From an uncultured Dehalococcoidaceae bacterium (GTDB lineage: Bacteria > Chloroflexota > Dehalococcoidia > Dehalococcoidales > RBG-16-60-22), in contig CAZBMB010000005.1 of assembly GCA_964493435.1 (NCBI GenBank), forward strand, positions 3,182-67,181: a stretch of DNA of 64,000 nt. The letters run 5' to 3'. Below the pieces are notes generated by a model that was not told the origin of the DNA, made no database searches, and saw nothing but the letters and a program-made list of their open reading frames with translations. The translations under genes and the position numbers were made by a program. Below are positions 1 through 8,976 of this stretch, piece by piece. Each line of letters opens with the position of its first letter. Positions within the stretch are counted from its first letter, which is position 1.

Positions 1-7
1 CGCCTGT

Positions 8-36
8 TTGTTTGAAATTTAAGTATAAGTATTATT
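8..36 (+). promoter_or_regulatory. sigma70-type promoter of the mrp operon
   Basis: TTGTTT (8-13), 17-bp spacer, TATTAT (31-36) in AT-rich DNA upstream of mrpE. Confidence 0.5.
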
Positions 37-108
37 ACCAGCAATTATAGGTAATGCAACGGATGCTTGAATTCTGGCTCGGAGTCTAAACTGGCAGCAA
101 GGAAATCC

Positions 109-774
109 ATGTCTTTTGATGAGCGGAACCAGGACGGTGTAATCGGTACAGAAGTGTCGGCGTCAGATGGGGACATATTAGACGTTTCTCGAATCACGAT
201 TCGCAGCCCGCATCGTCTGTTAAGCATTATCTTACAGTTCATAGTACTGTTCGCCTTCTGGCTTTTACTGTCCGGTCGGTATCAGGCGAAATACATCATC
301 ATCGGCGCTCTTGCGGCCGCACTGGTAACTTTCCTTAGCAATGACCTATTTTACGCGGTGCTCCAGCGTGATGAGCGGATTGGTATTAAGGCGGGACAGG
401 TTCTGCGGCAAATTTGGCATTTTCTACTTTATATCCCCTGGCTGTTGGTACAGATAGTCCTGGCTAACGTGCAGGTTGCTTATCTTGTTCTCCACCCCAG
501 AATGCCGATTGAGCCGGCCCTGCTTCTCTTTCGCACCCGGATGCGCAAGGGCATGGCGCGGGTGACGCTGGCCAATTCCATTACCCTGACGCCCGGAACC
601 ATAACCGCCAGTCTGGAAGGAAGCAACTACATTATTCACAACCTGAAGCCGCCTCTGGCTTCAAGCCTCGTTGACGGGACAATGCAGAACAAGGTCGCCC
701 ATGTGTACCTGGAAGAGGAATACCCAAAACCAGAGGTCCGCTGGGTGTACTCGCTGGAGGATATTAAGCAATGA
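109..774 (+). CDS. mrpE: Na+/H+ antiporter subunit E (Mrp/Mnh)
   Basis: LANSITLTPGT motif of MrpE; first gene of the mrp operon. Start placed at ATG 109 behind AAGGA; the ORF track opens at 67. Confidence 0.9.
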   Translation: MSFDERNQDGVIGTEVSASDGDILDVSRITIRSPHRLLSIILQFIVLFAFWLLLSGRYQAKYIIIGALAAALVTFLSNDLFYAVLQRDERIGIKAGQVLRQIWHFLLYIPWLLVQIVLANVQVAYLVLHPRMPIEPALLLFRTRMRKGMARVTLANSITLTPGTITASLEGSNYIIHNLKPPLASSLVDGTMQNKVAHVYLEEEYPKPEVRWVYSLEDIKQ

Positions 775-1040
775 GCTCTTTCCTGCTCGTTATTACGGTA
801 TTCATTGCTGTTCTCACCGCTGTTTCAATGTACCGGGTGGCGGTGGGGAAAACCATTTTTGACCGGATTATCGCCGCTGGCCTGGTGGGAACCAACGGCT
901 TCATCATACTGGTCCTGATAGGCTTTCTCTTTGAGCGCATCAACATGTTTATCGATATCGCCATTGCCTACGCCCTGCTCAACTTTGTCATCGTTATCGT
1001 GCTGGGCAAGTACTTTGACCGGGGAGGGGAGCGACTCTGA
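771..1040 (+). CDS. mrpF: Na+/H+ antiporter subunit F
   Basis: 89 aa, three TM segments, G.TIFDRIIA and DIAIAYALLNF motifs; ATGA overlap with mrpE. Confidence 0.9.
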   Translation: MSSFLLVITVFIAVLTAVSMYRVAVGKTIFDRIIAAGLVGTNGFIILVLIGFLFERINMFIDIAIAYALLNFVIVIVLGKYFDRGGERL

Positions 1041-1363
1041 TGGTGGCAACGATTATAGCCATGGTGCTGATTGTGGCCGGCGTTTTCTTCCTGGCGGTGA
1101 GCGCCCTGGGACTGCTCCGCCTGCCCGATTTCTACGCCAGGACTCACGCCGTGGGCAAGTCTGAGACACTGGGCTCGATACTGGTGCTGAGCGGCCTCGC
1201 CGTCTACAATGGATGGGAACTGAGCACGGCGAAGATACTGTTCATTCTCCTCTTTGTCTTGATTGCCAACCCGACCGCCACGCACGCTATCGCCCGGGCG
1301 GCTCTGCGCACCGGCCTTCAGCCCTGGACACTTCAGCAAGGAACCAAAAAGGAAAAGGACTGA
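1040..1363 (+). CDS. mrpG: Na+/H+ antiporter subunit G
   Basis: GLLRLPDFYARTHA and NPTATHAIARAA motifs. Confidence 0.92.
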   Translation: MVATIIAMVLIVAGVFFLAVSALGLLRLPDFYARTHAVGKSETLGSILVLSGLAVYNGWELSTAKILFILLFVLIANPTATHAIARAALRTGLQPWTLQQGTKKEKD

Positions 1364-1369
1364 ACAGCT

Positions 1370-1615
1370 ATGGTCTGGCAGTTGGATTTCTGGTTGCTGG
1401 TGATACTGATAATAACCGCTCTTATCGCGCTATCGCTTAAAGACCTTCTGGCCGCTGTGGCGACCCTGGCGGCTTACAGCTTCTTTGTGGCGCTGCTTTT
1501 CAGCCAGATGGGAGCCATTGACGTCGCCTTTGTTGAGGCGACGCTGGGTGCGGGGATAAGTGGGGTGCTCTTCATCGTGGCGCTATTTCTCACGAAGCGG
1601 AGGTCGGAAGATTGA
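1370..1615 (+). CDS. Mrp subunit B-related small membrane protein (DUF4040-like, corresponds to part of the MrpA C-terminus)
   Basis: 81 aa hydrophobic; GAIDVAFVEATLGAGIS resembles the APDVALTEA..GAG motif; operon position. Confidence 0.8.
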   Translation: MVWQLDFWLLVILIITALIALSLKDLLAAVATLAAYSFFVALLFSQMGAIDVAFVEATLGAGISGVLFIVALFLTKRRSED

Positions 1616-1929
1616 GGTGGCTTAATTTATTCATCATGCTTTCGTTCGTGGCATTGATGCTGTATGCTACGGCTGGCCTGCCTGGCCATGCCGACCCGCA
1701 GGCTCCGGCAAGTGTCCACGTTTCCCCAACGTATCTTGAAGACTCGGTTGAAGACACCCATACTCCCAATGTCGTCACCGCCGTGCTCGCCGACTACCGG
1801 GGCTATGATACCCTGGGCGAGACAATAGTGATTTTCACCGCCGGGATGGCCTGCGTCCTTATCCTCATGAAGAGAAAGGCGAATGATAAAACAGCATTAC
1901 CAAAGCATCATCGTTCAGACCGTATGTAG
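1612..1929 (+). CDS. Mrp subunit B N-terminal-like protein (MbhE-like)
   Basis: NVVTAVLADYRGYDTLGE motif; GTG start overlaps the previous stop. Confidence 0.82.
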   Translation: MRWLNLFIMLSFVALMLYATAGLPGHADPQAPASVHVSPTYLEDSVEDTHTPNVVTAVLADYRGYDTLGETIVIFTAGMACVLILMKRKANDKTALPKHHRSDRM

Positions 1930-2320
1930 CCTGCTGATACCGTTTATTCAGCTCTTTGCGCTGTACGTTATCATACACGGACATTACGGGCCGGGCGGGG
2001 GATTCCAGGGTGGAGTCCTGCTGGCGGTGAGCGTCATACTGCAGCGGCTTTATCTGGGCCATAAAATATCCTACCAGAAATTCCCGCCCAAGATGGCACT
2101 GGCCTTTGGCGCTATAGGCATGCTCATATTTGGCCTGGCGGGCCTAATTCCCATGGCGTTCGGTGGGGCTTTTCTGGACTACGGATACCTGCCTCTCTTC
2201 TGGGTTCATGGCGCCGAACTGAGAGCACTTGGTATCTTAATCGTAGAGATAGGCATCGGGCTGGCCGTTTTCGGCACGCTGGTGCTGATTTTCGATAACC
2301 TGGTTGGTGAAAGATGGTAG
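1883..2320 (+). CDS. mrpB: Na+/H+ antiporter subunit B (MnhB domain)
   Basis: HGHYGPGGGFQGG motif. Confidence 0.9.
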   Translation: MIKQHYQSIIVQTVCSLLIPFIQLFALYVIIHGHYGPGGGFQGGVLLAVSVILQRLYLGHKISYQKFPPKMALAFGAIGMLIFGLAGLIPMAFGGAFLDYGYLPLFWVHGAELRALGILIVEIGIGLAVFGTLVLIFDNLVGERW

Positions 2321-2697
2321 TTATTGATTTGTTTATGTCTCGCTACGTATATTTTCTTGTCGTCATCCTGCTGGCCATCGGTCTGTACGGGATGCTGGGC
2401 AAGCGCAACCTGCTGAAGAAACTCATCGGCATGAATATCTTCCAGACCGCCATCTTTCTTTTCTTTATTGAAGGTGCCACCAAGCTCGGTGGTTCGGTGC
2501 CGGTCATCAATGAACTGCTCGGTGTGGAGGCAGCCAGGTACGTCAACCCTCTGCCACACGTGCTTATACTTACCGGGATAGTGGTGGGGCTTTCCCTTAC
2601 CGGTGTGGCGCTGGCCTTTCTTCTCGTTCTCTACCGTGCCTATAAGACTCTGGATGACCGGGCGATAATGGCTAATATGAAAGAGAATTCGGAGTAG
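2314..2697 (+). CDS. mrpC: Na+/H+ antiporter subunit C
   Basis: NLLKKLIG and NPLPHVLILTGIVVG motifs. Confidence 0.92.
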   Translation: MVVIDLFMSRYVYFLVVILLAIGLYGMLGKRNLLKKLIGMNIFQTAIFLFFIEGATKLGGSVPVINELLGVEAARYVNPLPHVLILTGIVVGLSLTGVALAFLLVLYRAYKTLDDRAIMANMKENSE

Positions 2698-4170
2698 ATG
2701 TCCAGTTTATCGGTTCTTACCCTGGCCCCGTTACTGCTGTTTTGTTTCCTATCTGCCCTGGTGGGGATATGGCGGCTGAGGTGGGCCTATGCCCTGGCCG
2801 TGATTGGCATGGTGCTGGCACTGGCAGCCGCCGGTGCTGGACTGTACCGCGTCCTTGCTGATGGGAAACTGCACTACTTCCTTGGTGGCTGGCCGCCGCC
2901 CTTTGGTATCGAATATGTCCTCGACCACCTCTCGGCGTTCATGGCGGTTATCATCGTGTTCATTGGCCTGATTACGATAATCTATCCGCCGCAGGCAGGA
3001 CTGTACCAGACACCCCGCCGTGTTATCCCCACTTACGGGCTGCTCCTTCTGCTTATCGGAGGGCTGGTGGGCGTGGTGATTACTGGCGACCTCTTCAACC
3101 TCTTCGTCTTTCTGGAGATATATTCTCTGGCCAGTTACGCATTAATAACGCTGGGCGGGGACAAAGCGGTAATGGCCAGCTTCCGTTACCTGATTCTGGG
3201 GACAATCGCCGGCAGCTTCTACCTGCTGGGGGTCGGTTTCATTTATTTCTCCACCGGCACGCTCAATATGGCCGATGCCGCCCAGCGCCTGACACCCTTA
3301 TACGGCTCACCAGCCGTCATGGCGGCCGTGGCACTGATTCTGGTCGGCATGGGAATCAAGATGGCGCTTTTCCCGCTGCATGTCTGGCTCCCCGACGCCC
3401 ACAGCTATGCGCCTCCGGTGGTGGCGGCAATCCTGGCGGCCATACAGATTGAGGTCGCTGCCTATGTCATCGTGCGCTTTATGCTCACTGTATTCCAGCC
3501 CGGGTACTTCATTGACATCATGCCAGTGGCCACCATTATTGGCTGGGTAGCGGCGGCGGGCATTATTTTTGGCTCGGTGATGGCCATAGCCCAGAAAGAC
3601 TTCAAGCGTATGCTAGCCTACAGTACCGTGGCCCAGGTGGCTTACATTGGCCTGGGTATTGGTCTAGCCAACCCGCTGGGCCTGATTGGAGCCCTGCTGC
3701 ATATTCTGAACCACGCCTTCATGAAGAGCTGCCTCTTTTTAATCGCTGGCGGCATCCGTTACCAGACCGGACTGCATGCCATACCGCAGTTCGCCGGACT
3801 GGGGCGCAAGATGCCGTTGATGATGAGTGCTTTTACCGTGGCGGCGCTGTCCATGGTCGGCATCCCGCCCACGGCGGGCTTTTTCAGCAAGTGGTATCTG
3901 GTGCTGGGTGGTATAGAGGCCGGCAACTGGGTATTTGTTGCCGTGATTTTGGCGAGCAGCCTGCTGACGGCAGTTTACTTCTTCCGCATGATTGAAAAAC
4001 TCTTCGCCACGCCTTCCGCTGACGACCCGGCAGTGGAGCAGGCTAGGGAGCCATCAGCCAGAATTCTGGCGCCAATCATGACACTGGCGGTGGGAATTAT
4101 CGTGCTGGGGCTGATTAACGTGCTCATCGTTTCGTACGTGCTGCAACCGGTGGTGGCGCTTTTACCATAA
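2698..4170 (+). CDS. mrpD: Na+/H+ antiporter subunit D (copy 1; NuoL/M/N-like)
   Basis: GDLFNLFVFLEI, KMALFPLHVWLPDAH and GIPPTAGFFSKW motifs; 490 aa, multi-TM. Confidence 0.92.
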   Translation: MSSLSVLTLAPLLLFCFLSALVGIWRLRWAYALAVIGMVLALAAAGAGLYRVLADGKLHYFLGGWPPPFGIEYVLDHLSAFMAVIIVFIGLITIIYPPQAGLYQTPRRVIPTYGLLLLLIGGLVGVVITGDLFNLFVFLEIYSLASYALITLGGDKAVMASFRYLILGTIAGSFYLLGVGFIYFSTGTLNMADAAQRLTPLYGSPAVMAAVALILVGMGIKMALFPLHVWLPDAHSYAPPVVAAILAAIQIEVAAYVIVRFMLTVFQPGYFIDIMPVATIIGWVAAAGIIFGSVMAIAQKDFKRMLAYSTVAQVAYIGLGIGLANPLGLIGALLHILNHAFMKSCLFLIAGGIRYQTGLHAIPQFAGLGRKMPLMMSAFTVAALSMVGIPPTAGFFSKWYLVLGGIEAGNWVFVAVILASSLLTAVYFFRMIEKLFATPSADDPAVEQAREPSARILAPIMTLAVGIIVLGLINVLIVSYVLQPVVALLP

Positions 4171-4194
4171 AGAAAAGGGCAAATATTTGAATTG

Positions 4195-5685
4195 ATGGAA
4201 ACAGTCTACTCGCTGAAACCGCTACTGGCAGTAATGGCCTCGCTGGTCGCTGTTTTTTTAATTGTCATACCCAACCAGCGGCCCAACGTCCGCGAGTCCT
4301 GGACGATTCTGGCCGCGCTGGCCAAGTTTGCTTTAGTGGCCTCAATGCTACCTCTCGTTCTCCAGGGCAAGGCCCCGGCGATAACCCTCTTTGCCATTTC
4401 CCCTGGCATATCGCTGGCGCTGAGGGTGGACTATCTGGGCATTATTTTCGGACTCTCCGCCTCTTTTCTCTGGATAGTAACTTCATTCTTCTCCATAGGC
4501 TACGTGCGCGGTATTCCAGAACACAAGCAGACGCGTTATTTCGCCAGTTTCGCCGTCTGCCTTTCCGCGACCATGGGCATCGCCTTCGCCGCCAATCTTT
4601 TAACTCTGGTCATCTTCTATGAAATACTGACCATCGCCACCTACCCGCTCGTCCTGCACCGGGAGACCCCGGAGGCGATTTTCGGCGGCCGCAAGTACTT
4701 GGTCTACCTGCTTACCGGCGGCGTGTTCCTCCTCTTCGCCCTCGCTTTCACCTATCAACTGAGTGGCACGGTTGATTTTCAGGCTGGTGGTATCCTGCCC
4801 GCGCAGGTAGCCAAGAGCAATGTCATCATGCTCTTCATTCTCTTCCTGCTCAGCTTTGGCGTGAAATCGGCCATCATGCCTATGCACAGCTGGCTACCGA
4901 CGGCCATGGTGGCACCAACGCCGGTTAGCGCACTGCTCCATGCCGTGGCCGTGGTCAAGGCCGGGGTATTTGGTTTCGCCAGAGCCATTGGCTTCATAAT
5001 TGGCCCGGCGGTGTTAAATGAGAGCGGCGCTGCCGGTTTTCTGGCGGCGCTAACGGCCGCCACGATACTGATAGCTTCACTTATCGCCTTGCGCCAGGAT
5101 AATTTGAAAGCACGGCTGGCCTACTCAACCGTGGGGCACCTTTCTTATATTGTCCTCGGCTTATCGCTGCTCTCGCCGAGCGCCTGGGTAGGGGCGCTGC
5201 TCCATATCGTCAACCACGCCATGATGAAGATAACGCTCTTCTTCTGCGCCGGAGCCATTCACGTCAGGACACACTGTGAGAACGTCAGCCAGCTCAATGG
5301 CATTGGCCGTCAGATGCCGGTCACCATGGCCGCCTTTGCCATCGCCTCAATAGGTCTGGCCGGGATACCGCCGGTAAACGGTTTTATAAGCAAATGGTAT
5401 CTCGTTCAGGGCTCGTATGACGTCGGGCAGATGGTCTTTGTTGTCACCTTCCTGCTCAGCGGGCTGCTCAATGCCGGCTATTTCTTCAGCATCGTGGTAC
5501 GCGCCTTTTTCGCTCCGTCACAAAAATTCATTAAGTTTGGCGAGGCGTCACCGCTGATGGTGGTGCCGCTGGTGATAACCGCCGCACTTTCACTGCTGAT
5601 GGGGCTTTTCCCGGACCGGATTCCTTATTTCTTCCAGATGGCTTCAAGCGTGGCGCGGAGCGTTCTTGGTGGAGGTGGACTGTGA
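4195..5685 (+). CDS. mrpD: Na+/H+ antiporter subunit D-family protein (copy 2)
   Basis: FYEILT, KSAIMPMHSWLPTAM and GIPPVNGFISKW motifs; ATG 4195 follows TTG 4192. Confidence 0.9.
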   Translation: METVYSLKPLLAVMASLVAVFLIVIPNQRPNVRESWTILAALAKFALVASMLPLVLQGKAPAITLFAISPGISLALRVDYLGIIFGLSASFLWIVTSFFSIGYVRGIPEHKQTRYFASFAVCLSATMGIAFAANLLTLVIFYEILTIATYPLVLHRETPEAIFGGRKYLVYLLTGGVFLLFALAFTYQLSGTVDFQAGGILPAQVAKSNVIMLFILFLLSFGVKSAIMPMHSWLPTAMVAPTPVSALLHAVAVVKAGVFGFARAIGFIIGPAVLNESGAAGFLAALTAATILIASLIALRQDNLKARLAYSTVGHLSYIVLGLSLLSPSAWVGALLHIVNHAMMKITLFFCAGAIHVRTHCENVSQLNGIGRQMPVTMAAFAIASIGLAGIPPVNGFISKWYLVQGSYDVGQMVFVVTFLLSGLLNAGYFFSIVVRAFFAPSQKFIKFGEASPLMVVPLVITAALSLLMGLFPDRIPYFFQMASSVARSVLGGGGL

Positions 5686-5918
5686 AGCGCAATTTCTTAA
5701 TTACATCCATTGCCATATTTATTGTCGCTATCATACTTGATGTTCTGGTGGTAAGCGGACACTTGCATGTGGAGCTCCCATGGTCGAAAATACCCGGTTT
5801 CTTTTCCTTTTTTGGATTTCTTGGCTGCCTGGCGATAATCTACGGCGCTAAACTACTCGGCCACCACTGGCTGCAGCGAGACGAGGACTACTACAACAAA
5901 GATGATGAGCATGAGTAA
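5682..5918 (+). CDS. small two-TM membrane protein within the mrp operon
   Basis: 78 aa, two hydrophobic segments, C-terminal LQRDEDYY; overlaps both neighbours. Confidence 0.75.
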   Translation: MKRNFLITSIAIFIVAIILDVLVVSGHLHVELPWSKIPGFFSFFGFLGCLAIIYGAKLLGHHWLQRDEDYYNKDDEHE

Positions 5919-7662
5919 CTTCCCTCTGGCTATAATATACGTTGCCGGGGCAGCGGTGCTGCCAGTACTGCCACGTCAGCTACGGTCCGCTTTCTGCCTG
6001 CTGATTTCAGCGGCGGCTTTTCTTTTCTTAATCAGTCTGGAAACAGGCGCCAGCCTGACCTTTCCCTTCTTAAATTATGAACTCATGGTCTGCCGGGTGG
6101 ACCAGCTGAGCCTGGCATTCGGCTATGTCTTCGTCATCATGGGCTTCCTGGGCGGCGTTTACGGCTACCATGTGAAGGATACTCTCCAGCAGGTTACGGC
6201 GTTGCTCTACGTGGGGAGTTCGCTGGGGGTGGTCTTCGCCGGCGACCTGTTCACGCTGCTCTTCTTCTGGGAAATCATGGCTGTATCCTCGCTGTTCCTC
6301 ATCTGGGCACGGCGGACGCGGGAGGCCAGAAAAGCTGGCTTCCGCTACCTGCTGGTGCACGCCTTCGGCGGCAGCGCCCTGATGGCAGGCATCTTGCTGC
6401 ACTTACAACAGACCGGCTCCCTACTGTTCACCCACTTTGATGGCGGGGCTGCTTCCTACCTCATTCTGCTCGCCTTTGCTCTCAACGCTGCCGTACCGCC
6501 GTTGAACGGATGGCTTCCCGACTCGTATCCCGAAGGCACCGTTACCGGCAGCGTTTTCCTCAGCGCCTTCACTACCAAGGTGGCTGTCTATGCGCTCGCT
6601 CGCGGCTTCGCTGGCCTGGAGCTGCTCATGTGGTCGGGCGCCGTCATGGCCGTCTACGGCGTGGTCTTCGCCTTCCTGGCCAACGACGGCCGGCGGCTAC
6701 TTTCCTACCACATCATCAGTCAGGTTGGCTACATGGTCTGCGGGGTAGGTATCGGCACCGAGATGGCGGTCAACGGCGCCACCGCTCATGCTTTCGCCCA
6801 TATACTTTATAAAGGTCTGCTGTTTATGGGCATGGGCACCGTCCTCTACGCCACCGGCCGCAACAAGATGACCGAGCTGGGTGGCCTGTTCAAGAAAATG
6901 TGGCCCACGCTGATATTTTTCATGGTCGGCGCCTTTTCAATATCCGGCGTCCCGCTGTTCAGCGGTTTTGTAAGCAAGTCAATGGTAATATACGCTGCGG
7001 AACTGGAGCACTTTGGCCTCGTTGTCCTCCTGCTCAACCTGGCTTCCATCGGCACTTTCCTCTCCATTGGCCTGAAGCTGCCTTACTTCACCTGGTTCAG
7101 CACTGACCGTAACCTCAAGCCGGAACCGGTGCCACCGGGAATGTACATAGGTATGGGGCTGACGTCAGCAATCTGTATCGCCATCGGTGTGTACCCGGCG
7201 CTGCTCTACAACCTCCTGCCCTTTGAAGTGCATTACCAGCCTTATACCGCCTCGCACCTAATCGAATCGATGCAGTTGCTCATATTTACCGGCCTCGCCT
7301 TCTGGCTGGTCCTGAAAAAACTGTACGTCAAAGACACGATTACGCTGGACACGGACTGGTTCTACCGCCGGCCATCGCGCTTCGCTTTCAACATCTTTAG
7401 CGTGTCTGTCTGTGAGCTATTTGGCGCTATTGAACGCCTCTCGCTCCGATTCGTTCGGTATCTGGTCAGAGTAGGAGGTAATCCCGCCGGATATGCCGTC
7501 GAGGCGACGAAGAATGCCGGTCACATTCTGCTGCACATGGAAAAACCAACCGGTGAGCCTTCAGATTTCAGCCCTGACCGCTATCGGATACCGCTTAGTA
7601 TCATGGTGCTGGTGGTGCTACTATCACTGATAGTAATACTTGCCTGGGACTTCTTGTTCTAG
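5902..7662 (+). CDS. mrpD: Na+/H+ antiporter subunit D-family protein (copy 3, long)
   Basis: FWEIMA, PPLNGWLPDSYP, GVPLFSGFVSK and LDTDWFYR motifs; true start may be ATG 5911. Confidence 0.88.
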   Translation: MMSMSNFPLAIIYVAGAAVLPVLPRQLRSAFCLLISAAAFLFLISLETGASLTFPFLNYELMVCRVDQLSLAFGYVFVIMGFLGGVYGYHVKDTLQQVTALLYVGSSLGVVFAGDLFTLLFFWEIMAVSSLFLIWARRTREARKAGFRYLLVHAFGGSALMAGILLHLQQTGSLLFTHFDGGAASYLILLAFALNAAVPPLNGWLPDSYPEGTVTGSVFLSAFTTKVAVYALARGFAGLELLMWSGAVMAVYGVVFAFLANDGRRLLSYHIISQVGYMVCGVGIGTEMAVNGATAHAFAHILYKGLLFMGMGTVLYATGRNKMTELGGLFKKMWPTLIFFMVGAFSISGVPLFSGFVSKSMVIYAAELEHFGLVVLLLNLASIGTFLSIGLKLPYFTWFSTDRNLKPEPVPPGMYIGMGLTSAICIAIGVYPALLYNLLPFEVHYQPYTASHLIESMQLLIFTGLAFWLVLKKLYVKDTITLDTDWFYRRPSRFAFNIFSVSVCELFGAIERLSLRFVRYLVRVGGNPAGYAVEATKNAGHILLHMEKPTGEPSDFSPDRYRIPLSIMVLVVLLSLIVILAWDFLF

Positions 7663-7671
7663 CGGTTCTAA

Positions 7672-8658
7672 TTAGGCCAGTTGAAAGCTGTAGTAAGCAC
7701 CGAGGATGAAGAGCACAATCAGGGTGATATTCCACCAACTCAGCCGTAAAATTCGCTGGTGTTTATGGCTCAATCCGATGATGAATACAATGGTCATGAG
7801 CATCACCGTAAAAGCGGTAACCAAGTGGGTCTCGGAGACTGCAGCCAGTATCGGCCCCTTGGCATAGAGCAAGTCATCAAGGGGGATAATGGTCAGGTTG
7901 AACAGATTGCTGCCTATCAGGTTGGCGACGGCCAAATCTTTGGCACCGATTCTCATGGCAGCAAAGGAAACGGTTATTTCGGGCAGGGTGGTGCTGAAGG
8001 CAAGGAAAAGGCTGCCCACAAAACTTTGCCCCCATCCGTAGACCGCGGCGATTTCATCGCCGATAAAAGCCAGCCAGATACCGGCGCCGATGATAAAGGC
8101 AGCGGCTATTGAGAAATAGAGATAGACGTGCCTCAAAGACTTATCGGCATACTCAAATTCCGTCTGCTTCAGAGATGGATGGCGCTGCTCGTAGTGGTAT
8201 AAGGTTCGGACGAAGACAAAATACAGCAGGAAAATGAACGGTGTGTACCAGCCAATCCAGCCCAGGCCCATCGGGTGGAGCCGGCTGCTTACCAGTAGGA
8301 AGACGGCAACAAAGAGGACCATAATCAGGCTGAAGATACCGGTCAGGCGATGGGTCTTGCTCACGACAGACAGAATGGAACCATTGCGGTGAAAAAGGTC
8401 GAGAAGAGCCAGGTTGAGCAGGTTGAACATGTTGGCGCCGAGAACGTTGCCGATGGTCAGGCCGGGAGCATTGACCAGAGTGACGGCACTGACGCCATTG
8501 AAAAGTTCGGGCAGCGAGGTCAGCGCCGCGATGAGGACGAGTCCTATCCAGATACCACCGAGTCCGGTTTTTTCGGCAATGATATCGCCATATCGCGCTA
8601 CTTTCCTGCCAGAGATAAAAATGACAATAACGCAGACGATGAATTTGAGCCAGACCAA
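7672..8658 (-). CDS. sodium:calcium antiporter (CaCA/YrbG family)
   Basis: alpha-repeats LTSLPELF..GNVLGAN and STTLPEIT..NLIGSN; 10-TM pattern. Confidence 0.9.
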   Translation of the reverse strand: MVWLKFIVCVIVIFISGRKVARYGDIIAEKTGLGGIWIGLVLIAALTSLPELFNGVSAVTLVNAPGLTIGNVLGANMFNLLNLALLDLFHRNGSILSVVSKTHRLTGIFSLIMVLFVAVFLLVSSRLHPMGLGWIGWYTPFIFLLYFVFVRTLYHYEQRHPSLKQTEFEYADKSLRHVYLYFSIAAAFIIGAGIWLAFIGDEIAAVYGWGQSFVGSLFLAFSTTLPEITVSFAAMRIGAKDLAVANLIGSNLFNLTIIPLDDLLYAKGPILAAVSETHLVTAFTVMLMTIVFIIGLSHKHQRILRLSWWNITLIVLFILGAYYSFQLA

Positions 8659-8682
8659 TCAATGTCTCCTTTTACTTATTTC

Positions 8683-8711
8683 ACTTTATTGACCACATGG
8701 CTAAATGTCAA
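8683..8711 (-). promoter_or_regulatory. sigma70-type promoter of the CaCA gene
   Basis: minus strand TTGACA, 17 bp, TAAAGT, 25 bp upstream of the start. Confidence 0.55.
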
Positions 8712-8714
8712 TAC

Positions 8715-8743
8715 TTGCGTTATTTGTATTTGATGGTTATAAT
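8715..8743 (+). promoter_or_regulatory. sigma70-type promoter P1 (tRNA-Arg/por)
   Basis: TTGCGT, 17 bp, TATAAT. Confidence 0.6.
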
Positions 8744-8842
8744 AGGTCGGCTCTTGGGGTGCCAAAATTTATGTTTTTCAACTGGAAACCACTGGCAGCA
8801 TCAGCGCCTGCTTTACCACCTTTCAACGATAGCTTATCTACC

Positions 8843-8871
8843 TTGTTCATTATCAGCCTCAAGGATATAAT
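8843..8871 (+). promoter_or_regulatory. sigma70-type promoter P2 (tRNA-Arg/por)
   Basis: TTGTTC, 17 bp, TATAAT, ending 8 nt before the tRNA. Confidence 0.55.
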
Positions 8872-8879
8872 AATAAGTA

Positions 8880-8952
8880 GCCCCTGTAGCTCAGGTGGAC
8901 AGAGCACCAGCCTCCGGAGCTGGGTGCGGGCGTTCAAGTCGCCCCAGGGGCG
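8880..8952 (+). tRNA. tRNA-Arg(CCG)
   Basis: cloverleaf: acceptor GCCCCTG/CAGGGGC, anticodon arm CCAGC-CTCCGGA-GCTGG, T-loop GTTCAAG; CCA not encoded. Confidence 0.95.
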
Positions 8953-8976
8953 CTTTAATTTGTTCAGGAGAGTGCG

